A stretch of DNA of 64,000 bases from contig JAEUMI010000092.1 in assembly GCA_016792825.1 (NCBI GenBank), positions 5,473-69,472 on the forward strand, given 5' to 3'. Position numbers and translations under genes: made by a program. The notes below the pieces were generated by a model that was not told the origin of the DNA, searched no databases, and saw only the letters and a program-made list of their open reading frames with translations. The stretch comes from Hyphomicrobiales bacterium. Its GTDB lineage: Bacteria > Pseudomonadota > Alphaproteobacteria > Rhizobiales > Aestuariivirgaceae. Shown one piece after another: positions 1 to 10,455 of the stretch (position 1 is its first letter; every line of letters begins with the position of its first letter).

Positions 1-8
1 CTCCCATG

Positions 9-35
9 AAAAAGCGCCTCGGGCGGGGCGCTTTT
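9..35 (-). terminator. Intrinsic terminator of glnK-amtB
   Basis: Inverted repeat AAAAGCGCC..GGCGCTTTT about 25 nt after the amtB stop, with a 5-U tail on the minus strand. Confidence 0.7.
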
Positions 36-59
36 CCGTTGTGTCTTGAATGGCCGAAC

Positions 60-1586
60 CTAGGAGTAGGCACGCTCGCCGTGGGTGCCGATATCGAGGC
101 CCTCACGCTCTTCCTGCTCGGGAACACGCAGGCCCGTCGTATACTTGCAGATCATGAGCGCCACGTAGCTGACGACGGCGGAGAGAATGACCGCTGTCAG
201 CACGCTGTAGATCTGCGCCGTCATCTGGGCCGAGAAGGAATATTCAAGTGCCTTCACGGAGGTGTCGGTGGCGAGATAATCGGTCACGCCGACGCCGCCA
301 ATTGCCGGATTGACGAAGTAGCCGGTGAGAAGGGCACCAACGATGCCGCCAACGCCGTGGACGCCAAAGACATCCAGGGAATCGTCGTAACCAAGTTTGG
401 CCTTGAGCCAGACCACGGCCCAGAGACACACGATGCCGGCAACAATGCCAATTATCAAAGCTGCAGTGGGGCTTACCCAGCCGCAGGCAGGGGTGACCGC
501 CACCAGGCCCGCAACCGCCCCGGTAAAGGCGCCGAGGAGACTGGGATGGCCACGGGTCACCCATTCGCCGGCGGTCCATGCCAGAGCGGCCGCAGAAGCT
601 GCCAGGATGGTGTTGAATATCACCTGGGCAGTAAGGCCGTTGGCTTCCATGTTGGAGCCGGCGTTGAAGCCGAACCAGCCGATCCAGAGGAGGCAGGCGC
701 CAATCATCGCGAACGGCAGGTTGTGGGGAGCCAGAACCTCTTTGCCGAGGCCAAGGCGCTTGCCAAGGACGATGGCGCAGACGAGGCCTGCGACACCGGC
801 ATTGATGTGCACAACAGAACCGCCGGCAAAGTCGATGGCGCCCTTGTTGAAGAGCCAGCCGTTGGAAGCATTGACGGCGGTGGCATAATCGCCAAGAACC
901 AAAGCCTTTGCCGCGTCATCGGTCGCCGCCGCAAGTTTGGCGAGGAAGTCAGTGGCAGCAGCGTCGCCCACCGCGGCCTTGACGGCATCGATGTTGTCGG
1001 CACTCAGGGTGAAGGCGTCTGGGCCCGCCCACCACCAGACCATATGGGCCATGGGCAGATAGGCAAAGGTGAACCAAATCGCCAGGAACAGCAGAATGGC
1101 CGAGAACTTCATGCGTTCGGCAAAGGCGCCGACGATGAGGGCCGGGGTGATGGCCGCAAAGGTCAACTGGAAAACGATGTAAGCGAATTCCGGTATATAG
1201 GTTTCCTTCGAGAAGGTTGCGGCCAGTGTGTTGTAATCAACGCCCGCCAGCATGAACTTGGAGAATCCGCCGATGAAGGCGTTGCCGTTGGTGAAGGCCA
1301 GTGAATATCCGTAGATGAACCAGAGGACGGAAATCATGCAGAAGCAGATGAACACCTGCATGAGCACTGACAGCATGTTTTTGGAGCGCACCAAGCCGCC
1401 ATAGAAAAGGGCGAGGCCCGGAATGGTCATGAGGATCACCAGAATAGCGGCGAGCATCATCCAGGTGGTGTCGCCCTTGTTCACCGTGGCCGCGGCAACA
1501 GCCGGGGTTGCGGTGAGAAAAGTTGTAAGCGCAAGACCGGCCGGCAAACCGACGAGGAGTTGGCGCAATTTTGGTGGAATTGTCAT
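60..1586 (-). CDS. amtB: Ammonium transporter AmtB
   Basis: Motifs DFAGGSVVH, WIGWFGFNAGS, YDDSLDVFGVHG and many TM helices. Start moved to MTIPPK (1586) because the longer ORF overlaps glnK. Confidence 0.97.
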   Translation of the reverse strand: MTIPPKLRQLLVGLPAGLALTTFLTATPAVAAATVNKGDTTWMMLAAILVILMTIPGLALFYGGLVRSKNMLSVLMQVFICFCMISVLWFIYGYSLAFTNGNAFIGGFSKFMLAGVDYNTLAATFSKETYIPEFAYIVFQLTFAAITPALIVGAFAERMKFSAILLFLAIWFTFAYLPMAHMVWWWAGPDAFTLSADNIDAVKAAVGDAAATDFLAKLAAATDDAAKALVLGDYATAVNASNGWLFNKGAIDFAGGSVVHINAGVAGLVCAIVLGKRLGLGKEVLAPHNLPFAMIGACLLWIGWFGFNAGSNMEANGLTAQVIFNTILAASAAALAWTAGEWVTRGHPSLLGAFTGAVAGLVAVTPACGWVSPTAALIIGIVAGIVCLWAVVWLKAKLGYDDSLDVFGVHGVGGIVGALLTGYFVNPAIGGVGVTDYLATDTSVKALEYSFSAQMTAQIYSVLTAVILSAVVSYVALMICKYTTGLRVPEQEEREGLDIGTHGERAYS

Positions 1587-1608
1587 TTCACTGTCCTTTT
1601 TTGATCTG

Positions 1609-2010
<402 letters not shown>

Positions 2011-2068
2011 TTAACCCTTTGTTATTATTTGAATTTAATTTTCAGACAGAAACAGGCAGGTTCAATTT

Positions 2069-2085
2069 TGCCGTTAATTTAGGCA
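2069..2085. promoter_or_regulatory. Probable NtrC binding site
   Basis: 17-bp TGCCGTTAATTTAGGCA (TGC-N11-GCA, AT-rich core) about 75 bp upstream of the sigma-54 element; weaker second copy at 2098-2114. Confidence 0.6.
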
Positions 2086-2145
2086 ACTTATTCAATCTGC
2101 TCAATTTTACGTCAGAAATAATGATTGTCTTGACTGGACAGGGTT

Positions 2146-3402
2146 ATGGGCGCTTTTGATGCCGTCATGAGCAAGACCTTTGATGTCATTGTCGTAGGCG
2201 CCGCCCTTAATGGGCTGGCCGCTGGCCTTGCCCTTGGCGGACACAGAGCCCGGCGCCCGCTGTCGGTTGCCATCATTGACCGCAGGGACCCGCGGCAAGC
2301 TCTTTCCAGAGACAGTGACGGGCGGGCCTCGGCGATTACCGCCAGCTCCAAACGGATGTTCGAGGCTTTGGGTGTTTGGGAGGGCGTTGCCCCGCATATG
2401 CAAGAGATGGGCGAAATCATCGTCACTGACGGACGGGGCCCGGAAGCCAGGCCGGTGCTGCTGCAATTCGGCGAATCCCGATCAGGGGAGCCTGCGTCAG
2501 CCTTCATGACGGAGAACCACCATTTGTTGCAAGGCCTTGTTGATTCGGTCGAGAAATCGCCCAACATCACGCTGGTGACGGGACATGCGGTAGCGCAGCA
2601 AAGTTTTGCGCCGGGGCTTGCCAAGCTCACGCTTGCCAATGGCGAGCAACTCACATGCAGCCTCGTTGTTGCCGCTGACGGGGGAAAGTCTCCGCTCCGC
2701 CAAGCCGCAGGAGTCGAGCTTGTCGGCTGGTCCTATGACCAGATGGGAATTGTCGCCTCATTTGATCACGAGCGTCCGCATGGGGGCCGGGCGGAAGAAC
2801 ATTTCACACCTGCCGGTCCCTTTGCGATTCTGCCATTGCCGGGAAACCGCTCTTCCATTGTCTGGACCAAGGGCACTGCCGATGCAAAAAAACTGCTGGG
2901 TTTGTCACCTGCGGACTTTGAAACCGAATTACAGAATGAGATCGGTACCCAGCTTGGCAGGATAACCTTGCTTGGAAAAGCCCAGGGCTATCCGCTGTTG
3001 ATGCATTTCGCGAAAGAGTTTCACGCAGCGCGTCTGGCCCTTGTCGGAGACGCAGCCCATGTCATCCATCCCCTGGCAGGACTCGGGCTCAATCTCGGCC
3101 TTCGTGATGTCGCTGCCCTGGCGGAATGCGTGGCCGATGCCCACGCGCTGGGCCAGGATATTGGCGGCCTTGCGGTGCTCGAAAGATATTCCGCCTGGCG
3201 GCGCTTCGATACGGTGGCGACGGCCGCCAGCATGGACGGTCTCAACCGGCTTTTCTCAAACGACAATTCATTCCTGAGGGCTCTGCGCGATCTGGGCTTG
3301 CGTGCGACAAATCAACTGAGCGGTGTGAAGCAGATGTTCGCGCGGGAAGCGGCGGGCCAAACGGGCTCGTTGCCGCGGCTGTTGCGCGGCGAGACTGTTT
3401 AA
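2146..3402 (+). CDS. FAD-dependent ubiquinone-biosynthesis hydroxylase (UbiH/UbiF/UbiL family)
   Basis: LVVAADG, EHFTPAGPFAILPL, LVGDAAHVIHPLAGLGLNLGLRD; start may be 2167. Confidence 0.9.
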   Translation: MGAFDAVMSKTFDVIVVGAALNGLAAGLALGGHRARRPLSVAIIDRRDPRQALSRDSDGRASAITASSKRMFEALGVWEGVAPHMQEMGEIIVTDGRGPEARPVLLQFGESRSGEPASAFMTENHHLLQGLVDSVEKSPNITLVTGHAVAQQSFAPGLAKLTLANGEQLTCSLVVAADGGKSPLRQAAGVELVGWSYDQMGIVASFDHERPHGGRAEEHFTPAGPFAILPLPGNRSSIVWTKGTADAKKLLGLSPADFETELQNEIGTQLGRITLLGKAQGYPLLMHFAKEFHAARLALVGDAAHVIHPLAGLGLNLGLRDVAALAECVADAHALGQDIGGLAVLERYSAWRRFDTVATAASMDGLNRLFSNDNSFLRALRDLGLRATNQLSGVKQMFAREAAGQTGSLPRLLRGETV

Positions 3403-3755
3403 CCCCGGCCCTGTCCTGCCTTGGCGAGCTTCTCAAGGTAGGCCGGCCAGATGGTGTCATGCTCACGACCGAGCTTGACCAAGTAGTTCCAGGTAAACAA
3501 GCCTGTCGAATGGCCATCGCTGAAAATGATCCGCACTGCATAGGTGCCAATGGGCTCAAGCCTGGTTACGGAGACATTGCGCTTGCCGAATACGAGCTGT
3601 TCCTGTCCGGGGCCATGGCCTTTCACCTCGGCACTGGGACTTTCGACGCGGAGATATTCAGCCTCGAGATCAAAAGATTCGCCTGTGTCAAAGCGAATGT
3701 TGAGAATCCGGCCCTGCTGTTTTGACAAAAGCTCAAGGGGCCAGGGATCAGCCAT
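3399..3755 (-). CDS. DUF971 / GBBH-like N-terminal domain protein
   Basis: [35 protein letters not shown]; start moved to MADPW, overlapping the Trm112 stop. Confidence 0.88.
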   Translation of the reverse strand: MADPWPLELLSKQQGRILNIRFDTGESFDLEAEYLRVESPSAEVKGHGPGQEQLVFGKRNVSVTRLEPIGTYAVRIIFSDGHSTGLFTWNYLVKLGREHDTIWPAYLEKLAKAGQGRG

Positions 3756-3936
3756 CCTTGAGTTCGCGGGCTTCATCTGGAAGCATGATCGGAATGCCGT
3801 CGCGGATTGGATAGGCAAGCCCCGCCGCTTTCGAAATGAGCTCCTGCCTTACCGCGTCATAGTCGAGACGGGTCTTGGTCACGGGGCAAACAAGGATCTC
3901 AAGCAATTTTGGATCCACCTCGCGGACTTCGTGCAT
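3748..3936 (-). CDS. Trm112 family protein (UPF0434)
   Basis: [23 protein letters not shown]. Confidence 0.92.
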   Translation of the reverse strand: MHEVREVDPKLLEILVCPVTKTRLDYDAVRQELISKAAGLAYPIRDGIPIMLPDEARELKDG

Positions 3937-3944
3937 GGCTTTTC

Positions 3945-4613
3945 CTACTGCAATTTGTGGCGTTTGCCGGAGAAGGACTTCGACAGCGCCATTTCAGTCA
4001 GCGCTACCAACACATCGGCACGGGTTTTCAAGTCAGGCGCTTCGAGAAGCGCCTGCTTTTCGCTGGCGGGATAGGGCGCCAGAAGCGAAAGCGTATTGAC
4101 CAGAACCTCGGTCGAGGCCGCATTGATTTCACTCCAGTCGGCGCTCATGTTGTTGGCCGTGAGGTAATCCTTGAAGGCGGTGAGCAGGGCGGGCCGGTTG
4201 ACCTCAGCCGCACCCAAATCCATCACAAGGTCAATGGCGAAAGGTTTGAAGTTGGCCACGACCTGGCGGTAGGGCGTGTCGACGGCCAATTCGCTCTTGA
4301 CAGAAAAGCGGCTGACGCCGGTCAGCGTCACCAGCATCCTGCTATCGGGGGTTTCCGCATAAGAGGTGATTCTCCCGGCGCAACCCACTTTCATCAGGTC
4401 CGGCCGTTCGGCCGTGTCACTATCATCCCGGGGCTGAATAATCCCGATCATGCGCTCACCCGACAGCGCATCGGAAATCATCTCGAGATAGCGGGGTTCA
4501 AAGATATTCAGCGGCAGATCAGCCCGCGGCAACAGCAAGGCGCCGGGAAGCGGAAACACCGGCAGCTTCTGGGGCAAGTCGGCTGGCCGGTTATAGTCCT
4601 TAAGAAATTTCAT
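3945..4613 (-). CDS. LON peptidase substrate-binding domain protein
   Basis: [19 protein letters not shown]; lies downstream of cnoX. Confidence 0.92.
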   Translation of the reverse strand: MKFLKDYNRPADLPQKLPVFPLPGALLLPRADLPLNIFEPRYLEMISDALSGERMIGIIQPRDDSDTAERPDLMKVGCAGRITSYAETPDSRMLVTLTGVSRFSVKSELAVDTPYRQVVANFKPFAIDLVMDLGAAEVNRPALLTAFKDYLTANNMSADWSEINAASTEVLVNTLSLLAPYPASEKQALLEAPDLKTRADVLVALTEMALSKSFSGKRHKLQ

Positions 4614-4619
4614 TCATCC

Positions 4620-5540
4620 TCACGAAAATAGAGTTGCAGACAGTTTGCGGCGGCCTTGCAGGGTGGCCTCATCCTTTGGCCCCCAAGCGTCAAAGAACTG
4701 AACGAGCTGCTTGCGGGCCGCGTCTTCATTCCAATCGCGCTTCTTGCGGATGACATAGAGCAACTGGTCGGTGGCCTCGGGCCTCTGGCCAGCGCCATTC
4801 AAGGCAATGGCCAGCTCCAGGCGCTTTGCAAAGTCATCGGGGGTGGCGGCCACAGCTTTTTGCAATTGATCGAGGAGACTGGTGTCGACGGGATGAAGCG
4901 CCAGATCAAGCGCAGCGGCAGCGCTGACAACATCGGGGTTTGCCACCTTGTCAGCTGGAACCTGGGCCAGGGTCGTAGCGGCACTTTCGAGGTCGCCGAG
5001 TTCGATCTGGCATTTTGCAAAATTGGCGAGGGCTGCAACATGGGTGGGATCGACGCCGAGAATCTGTCCCAGAATGTTCTGGGCTTCGTCAAAGGCTTTG
5101 CGCTGCATGGCCTCTTCGGCCACCTTCATGGCGGCAGAAATCTCTTCGGCCAGCGAGCCTTTGCTCGAAAGCTTGTCGACGAATTGCCTGATCTGGCCCT
5201 CGGGCAGGGCGCCCATGAAGCCGTCAATGGGCTGGCCGTTTACAAAGGCAAATACGGCGGGAATCGATTGCACCCGCATTTGGGCGGCAATCTGCTGGTT
5301 TTCGTCCACATTGATTTTGACGAGGCGCACTTTTCCGTTGGCCTGCTTCACGACCTTCTCGAGAAGCGGCGTCAGCTGCTTGCAGGGGCCGCACCAAGGG
5401 GCCCAAAAATCCACGAGAACCGGTACCTTCTTTGAGACTTCGATGACATCGGCCATGAAGCTCTTGGCATCGGTATCCTTTATAAGTTCAGCAGCGGGAA
5501 CCCCGGAAGCGCTGGTTTGTCCTATGATCATGTCGTTCAT
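4620..5540 (-). CDS. cnoX: Thioredoxin-TPR co-chaperone (CnoX/YbbN)
   Basis: DFWAPWCGPC thioredoxin domain plus a TPR-like C-terminus ending GRRKLSATLFS. Confidence 0.93.
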   Translation of the reverse strand: MNDMIIGQTSASGVPAAELIKDTDAKSFMADVIEVSKKVPVLVDFWAPWCGPCKQLTPLLEKVVKQANGKVRLVKINVDENQQIAAQMRVQSIPAVFAFVNGQPIDGFMGALPEGQIRQFVDKLSSKGSLAEEISAAMKVAEEAMQRKAFDEAQNILGQILGVDPTHVAALANFAKCQIELGDLESAATTLAQVPADKVANPDVVSAAAALDLALHPVDTSLLDQLQKAVAATPDDFAKRLELAIALNGAGQRPEATDQLLYVIRKKRDWNEDAARKQLVQFFDAWGPKDEATLQGRRKLSATLFS

Positions 5541-5568
5541 GTTGTGCCTGTTTGGTGTTTCACCGTAA

Positions 5569-5597
5569 AAATGGCGCTTCTGAGGGCAAATTACAAT
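5569..5597 (-). promoter_or_regulatory. Probable RpoH (sigma-32) promoter of cnoX
   Basis: Minus strand ATTGTA-N15-CGCCATTT. Confidence 0.5.
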
Positions 5598-6094
5598 GCG
5601 GGATCGGCCACTGCGACAACCCGTGGTTCGTGGCCGCAGGACCTGATGAAGGCCAGCAGATCGCCGGAACGAATGGTCGTTGTGGCGTCATTTTTCAAAG
5701 GATGATAGTTCAGGATTTCCTCCTCCATCATCCGGGCGTCGAGAATCACGTTAGTCCGAACGTTCTTATCATTGATGAGGCCAAAAGGCGTGACCGAGCC
5801 TGGTTCAAGGCCCAGAACTTCCATCAGCAGTTCGGGTTTGCCAAAAGAAAGCCGCCGTGAGCCGATTTTTGCCGGGGCTGCCTTCAGATCGACGCGCGAG
5901 TCCTCCAGGCAGACAATCAGCCAAAGGACGCCCTTTTCATCCTTGCAGAAGAGGTTCTTGCAGTGGCCGCCGGGGATATCGGGGTGGACGAGCCTAGCCT
6001 CCTCCACGGTGAATACGGGGGCATGGTTTTTCGTCGTGGTTTTGATGCCAAGGTCGGCAAAGCGTTGGAAAAGCTCATCGCGGCTGGCTGGCAT
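5591..6094 (-). CDS. YbaK/ProX-family aminoacyl-tRNA deacylase
   Basis: GGHCKNLF, PGSVTPFGL, NYHPLKNDAT. Confidence 0.92.
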   Translation of the reverse strand: MPASRDELFQRFADLGIKTTTKNHAPVFTVEEARLVHPDIPGGHCKNLFCKDEKGVLWLIVCLEDSRVDLKAAPAKIGSRRLSFGKPELLMEVLGLEPGSVTPFGLINDKNVRTNVILDARMMEEEILNYHPLKNDATTTIRSGDLLAFIRSCGHEPRVVAVADPAL

Positions 6095-6207
6095 GGCATC
6101 AATCGTTCCAGGTTAGGGGCTCGTTGAACTTGCTATTGCATTTACGCCGGGCTTGGGCAATAAGACGCGCCACCTCGCCGGTTTTTTCCGGCTTCGTCAT
6201 ACGCTCA

Positions 6208-6282
<75 letters not shown>

Positions 6283-6302
6283 GTATTTCCAACATCCCCG
6301 CA

Positions 6303-7013
6303 TCATGATATTTTTGTAATGAATTCATGGAGTTCATTAAGACTTTTCAGCTGCCTGAAGCGCGGGTGGTGGATCGGTGCCTCGGCATGTTCCAGAGTCC
6401 AGGTCAATTCATGGGGAATGAAGACGCCCCAGCAGCCGGCGGCAATGGCCGGTACAATGTCTGATTTCATGGAATTTCCCACCATGACGGCGCGGTCGGG
6501 ACCATCGCCGTGCCGGTCAAAAATGCGCCGGTAGACCTGGGGTGTTTTTTCGCTAACAATTTCAACGCCGTGAAAGAATTCTCCCAAGCCTGATTGGGCA
6601 AGTTTGCGTTCCTGGTCGAAGAGATCACCCTTGCTAATGAGGACAAGCCGAAAGGAATTGCCCAGCTTCTCCAAAGTTTCGCGTACGTGCGGCAGGGGTT
6701 GAATGGGATGGGCCAGCATTTCACGGCCGGCGCTGAGGATCTCCTGGATGACCCGGACCGGTACCTTGCCCTGGGTGACGTCGATGGCAGTTTCGATCAT
6801 CGAGAGGACAAAGCTCTTGGTGCCAAAGCCATAGTATTGCAAGTTTTTCATTTCTGCCTGCAGCAGTCGTGCGCTCAGATCGCCGGCTTCGGCGTATCCT
6901 GTGAGAAGCTCAACAAAGCGGGCTTCGGTGAGCTTGAAAAACTGCTCACTCTGCCAAAGGGTATCGTCGGCATCCAGTCCAACCGTTGTGAGCCGAGAAT
7001 TGTCTGCTACCAT
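6303..7013 (-). CDS. HAD-superfamily hydrolase
   Basis: Motif I DADDTLW, SKGD, EK, VMVGNSMKSD. Confidence 0.9.
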   Translation of the reverse strand: MVADNSRLTTVGLDADDTLWQSEQFFKLTEARFVELLTGYAEAGDLSARLLQAEMKNLQYYGFGTKSFVLSMIETAIDVTQGKVPVRVIQEILSAGREMLAHPIQPLPHVRETLEKLGNSFRLVLISKGDLFDQERKLAQSGLGEFFHGVEIVSEKTPQVYRRIFDRHGDGPDRAVMVGNSMKSDIVPAIAAGCWGVFIPHELTWTLEHAEAPIHHPRFRQLKSLNELHEFITKIS

Positions 7014-7069
7014 AAGGATAATCTCTAGACAGTTTTGCTGTTCCTGTCAGGCACGGTTTCGGAGCGTCG

Positions 7070-8002
7070 ATGCTTTCCCATGAACTTGGATACTGGCTGC
7101 AACAGGTCCTGAATGGCTGCATGCTTGCGAGCTTCTATGTGCCGCTGGCGGTGGCCTTTGCCCTTATACAGGGGCTTACCTCCAAGATATTCCTTTCATT
7201 TGGTGATTTTGCCATGTATGCGGCTTTTGCCGGAGTTTATGCGGGGCTCGCCAGCCTTCTGGCCGGAGACAGCGCGGCCGCAATTCTCGCCACATCCCTG
7301 GTCTTTGCGGTATTGACTTCCTCAGCGCTCGGACATTTTGCCGCCACTCACGTCGTTGCGCCTCTCATTGGCCAAACAGCCCAGGCCTTCATGATCGGCT
7401 CCATCGGGGTGTCGATTGTCCTTCAGGAGATCATGCGCCTGCAAAGCGGGGCCCGCGACCTGTGGCTGATGCCGCTGTTTGATGGCGCTGCCTTCCGGCT
7501 TTTTGATGGGCCATTTCCAGTGCAAATCGGCATGATGCAACTTACAGCAATGATCACCGCCGCACTGGCCATCGGCACGGTGTTTTTCATCATGCAGTTC
7601 ACCGCTGCCGGGCGCTACTGGAGGGCGTGCGCGCAATCGGAACGGCTGGCGAAGCTCTGTGGCGTCAATACGCTTACCGTCCTGCGCTGGTCCTGCGTTG
7701 GCTCGGCGGCGCTGGCCAGCGTTTCGGGTTGGATCATCGCCGTTTCCTATGGCGGCGTCTCCTTTTCGATGGGCCTGATGCTGGGGTTCAAGGCGATGTT
7801 CGCCTCGGTCATCGGCGGTTTCGGAACGGTCGGCGGAGCCATTGCCGGCGGCCTCTTCCTGGCATTCCTTGAAACCCTGTGGAGCGCCGCGTTCCCCTTG
7901 GCTTACCGGGATGTCGCGGTGTTCGGTTTCATCATTCTGATCCTCATGCTAAAACCAGAAGGCCTATACAGTTCCACCGCAAGGCGGGAAAGCGAGGATT
8001 AG
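7070..8002 (+). CDS. Branched-chain amino acid ABC transporter permease (LivH-like), orphan
   Basis: LQQVLNG, ERLAKLCGVN, ASVIGGFG..GAIAGG; hydrophobic; GGAG RBS. Confidence 0.88.
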   Translation: MLSHELGYWLQQVLNGCMLASFYVPLAVAFALIQGLTSKIFLSFGDFAMYAAFAGVYAGLASLLAGDSAAAILATSLVFAVLTSSALGHFAATHVVAPLIGQTAQAFMIGSIGVSIVLQEIMRLQSGARDLWLMPLFDGAAFRLFDGPFPVQIGMMQLTAMITAALAIGTVFFIMQFTAAGRYWRACAQSERLAKLCGVNTLTVLRWSCVGSAALASVSGWIIAVSYGGVSFSMGLMLGFKAMFASVIGGFGTVGGAIAGGLFLAFLETLWSAAFPLAYRDVAVFGFIILILMLKPEGLYSSTARRESED

Positions 8003-8458
8003 ATGAGGTTTGCGTTTATCATTTGCTGCTGCCTCGGCCTTGTATTAACAGCGTGCAAGGAAGAGGCGCCAACGCCCTTCCTGAAAATTGTCGGTGGCAG
8101 CTTCATCTTCAACTACCGCTACTCCAAGATGTCTTACGGATTTGTGGCGCGCCAGCTCAGGCCCCTGCCGGACGGCAGCATCCTGGAGGCGAGCTTCGAG
8201 CTGCCCGGAACCGACCGCAAATATGTCATCACAAAGCCGGCGCGAAGCGGGCAATTGCAATACAGGTTTGAAACCGAGGCGTTGCATGGCGTGAAAAAGG
8301 ATACACCCTACAAAGTCCAACTCAAGCTTCTTGAGGCCAAAACGGGCAAGGAACTCGCCCGGATCGAAACGGCCTTCAAGTCAGAGGTTGACCAGGACAG
8401 CTTGCCAAGCAAGGCGCCGGTTGTCGGCCCAGGCTATCAGGCCAATCCAGATTACTAA
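8003..8458 (+). CDS. Hypothetical lipoprotein
   Basis: Signal peptide with lipobox LTAC; ATG immediately follows the permease TAG. Confidence 0.75.
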   Translation: MRFAFIICCCLGLVLTACKEEAPTPFLKIVGGSFIFNYRYSKMSYGFVARQLRPLPDGSILEASFELPGTDRKYVITKPARSGQLQYRFETEALHGVKKDTPYKVQLKLLEAKTGKELARIETAFKSEVDQDSLPSKAPVVGPGYQANPDY

Positions 8459-8464
8459 CAGGGG

Positions 8465-8785
8465 CTATTCTGTTCTGACCGCAGTTCCGGCAGCTGTCAC
8501 CATCAGCATGCTGCCATTGGTGCCTACGGTTTCATAGTCGATGTCCACGCCGATCACGGCATTGGCGCCAAGTTGTTCCGCCTTGTCGGTCATCTCGCCG
8601 ACGGCGGTTTGGCGCGCGTCGTTCAAGACCTTTTCATAAGAGCCGGCGCGGCCTCCCACGATATCGCGGATGGAGGCAAAAAGATCGCGGAACAGATTGG
8701 CGCCAAGAATGGCCTCTCCGGCCACGAGCCCCTTGTATTCCAGGATGCGTTTACCTTCGACGTTGTGAGTGGTGGTGACCAGCAT
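8465..8785 (-). CDS. YbjQ / UPF0145 family protein
   Basis: [40 protein letters not shown]; GGAGA RBS before MLVTTT. Confidence 0.92.
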   Translation of the reverse strand: MLVTTTHNVEGKRILEYKGLVAGEAILGANLFRDLFASIRDIVGGRAGSYEKVLNDARQTAVGEMTDKAEQLGANAVIGVDIDYETVGTNGSMLMVTAAGTAVRTE

Positions 8786-8811
8786 GGCGCGTTCTCCTTT
8801 GCAGACCAAAT

Positions 8812-10395
8812 CTAGTGGCGGAAATGCCGAATGCCAGAGAAAACCATGGCGAGCCCGGCGTCATCGGCGGCGCGAATGATCTCATCATCCTTGATGGATC
8901 CGCCAGGCTGGATGATGGCGGTGGCACCGGCTTCCGCGGCCTGAAGCAAGCCATCGGCAAAGGGGAAAAACGCATCGGAGGCCACGACGGAGCCACGGAC
9001 TAGCGGAATGGTTTGCCCTGCGGCCCTCGCCGCATCTTCGCTTTTGCGAACCGCGATGCGGGCGGCATCGACGCGTGACATTTGCCCGGCGCCGATGCCG
9101 ACAGTTGCGCCATTCTTGGCGTAAATGATTGCGTTGGATTTTACGTGCTTGGCAATCCGGAAGGCAAACTTGAGATCCCTCATTTCGGAAATGGTAGGTT
9201 CACGCTGGGTTACGACCCGCAAGTTCATCTCGTCAACGGAATAGCCGTCGCGGCTTTGCACGAGGAGTCCGCCGATGATGGACTTCACGGAAATTGCCGG
9301 GGCGTTTGAATTGGGAAGTTCACCCAGAAGCAGGAGGCGAAGATTTTTTTTGGCCGCCATGATGCCCCGTGCGCCTTCGTCCGCGCCCGGAGCAATAATG
9401 ACTTCGGTGAAAAGTTTTGAAATTTCGAAAGCTGTTTCTTCATCCAGATTCCGGTTAAACGCCAGGATGCCGCCAAAGGCGCTGACCGGATCGCAGGCCA
9501 GGGCCTTGCCATAGGCTTCAAGTAGCGAATGGCCGATGGCAACGCCGCAAGGGTTGGCATGTTTTACGATAACGCAGGCGGCTTCCGGCTCATTGCGGAA
9601 TTCCGAGAGACAATCGAGGGCTGCGTCCGTGTCATTGATGTTGTTATAGGACAGTTCCTTGCCTTGAACCTGTTTGGCGCTTGCTACACCTTTTCGTTGA
9701 TCCGGGCTGTTATAGAGGGCGGCGCTCTGGTGGGGGTTTTCGCCGTAGCGCAGGTTTTGCAGGCGCTTGCCGCCAATGGCAAAATAATCCGGCGTGGCGT
9801 CGCCGAGTTCTTTTGAAAACCATTGAGCGATTGCGGCGTCATAGGCAGCGGTTCTGGCGAAGGCCTTGGCCGCGAGAGAACGCCGCGTTGCCTCGGTCGT
9901 GTTTCCACTATGGGATTTGAGTTCGGACAGCACAGTTGCATAGTCTTCGGGACCGACAATGACTGTCACCCAAGCATGATTCTTGGCAGCGGCCCGGATC
10001 ATGGCAGGTCCGCCGACATCGATGTTTTCTATGGTGGTGCTCCAGTCGGCCTGCTTGGCGACAGTCTCTTCAAACGGATAAAGATTAACCACCAGAAGAT
10101 CAATGTCAGCGATGCCATGACTTTTCTTGGCGCTTTCGTGGGCCGCATCGTTTCTAATTGCCAAAAGACCGCCATGGATTTTCGGATGCAGGGTCTTCAC
10201 CCGGCCGTCCATAATCTCAGGAAAGCCAGTCACCGAGGCCGCATCAATGGCCGGAATGCCTGCGGCTTGCAGGCTCTTCGCGGTGCCTCCGGTAGAAATG
10301 ATCTCGATGCTGAGGGATGCAAGGGCGCGGGCAAATTCAATCAGGCCGGTCTTATCGGAAACGGAAATGAGGGCGCGGCGGATCGGATGGGTCAT
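8812..10395 (-). CDS. purH: Bifunctional AICAR transformylase / IMP cyclohydrolase
   Basis: [41 protein letters not shown]. Confidence 0.98.
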   Translation of the reverse strand: MTHPIRRALISVSDKTGLIEFARALASLSIEIISTGGTAKSLQAAGIPAIDAASVTGFPEIMDGRVKTLHPKIHGGLLAIRNDAAHESAKKSHGIADIDLLVVNLYPFEETVAKQADWSTTIENIDVGGPAMIRAAAKNHAWVTVIVGPEDYATVLSELKSHSGNTTEATRRSLAAKAFARTAAYDAAIAQWFSKELGDATPDYFAIGGKRLQNLRYGENPHQSAALYNSPDQRKGVASAKQVQGKELSYNNINDTDAALDCLSEFRNEPEAACVIVKHANPCGVAIGHSLLEAYGKALACDPVSAFGGILAFNRNLDEETAFEISKLFTEVIIAPGADEGARGIMAAKKNLRLLLLGELPNSNAPAISVKSIIGGLLVQSRDGYSVDEMNLRVVTQREPTISEMRDLKFAFRIAKHVKSNAIIYAKNGATVGIGAGQMSRVDAARIAVRKSEDAARAAGQTIPLVRGSVVASDAFFPFADGLLQAAEAGATAIIQPGGSIKDDEIIRAADDAGLAMVFSGIRHFRH

Positions 10396-10455
10396 GGGTA
10401 ATTTCCAGGAACTAAAAGCTCATCAGCGACATAGCACGCCGGAATGATTAGGCCA

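Noticed and set aside
860-1040. Ala-rich insertion in an AmtB loop (AAATDDAAKA)
   Set aside because: Similar loop insertions are, to my knowledge, common in alphaproteobacterial AmtB
2011-2025. TTAA-N7-TTAT CtrA-like match upstream of glnK
   Set aside because: Imperfect, and inside an AT-rich spacer where chance matches are likely
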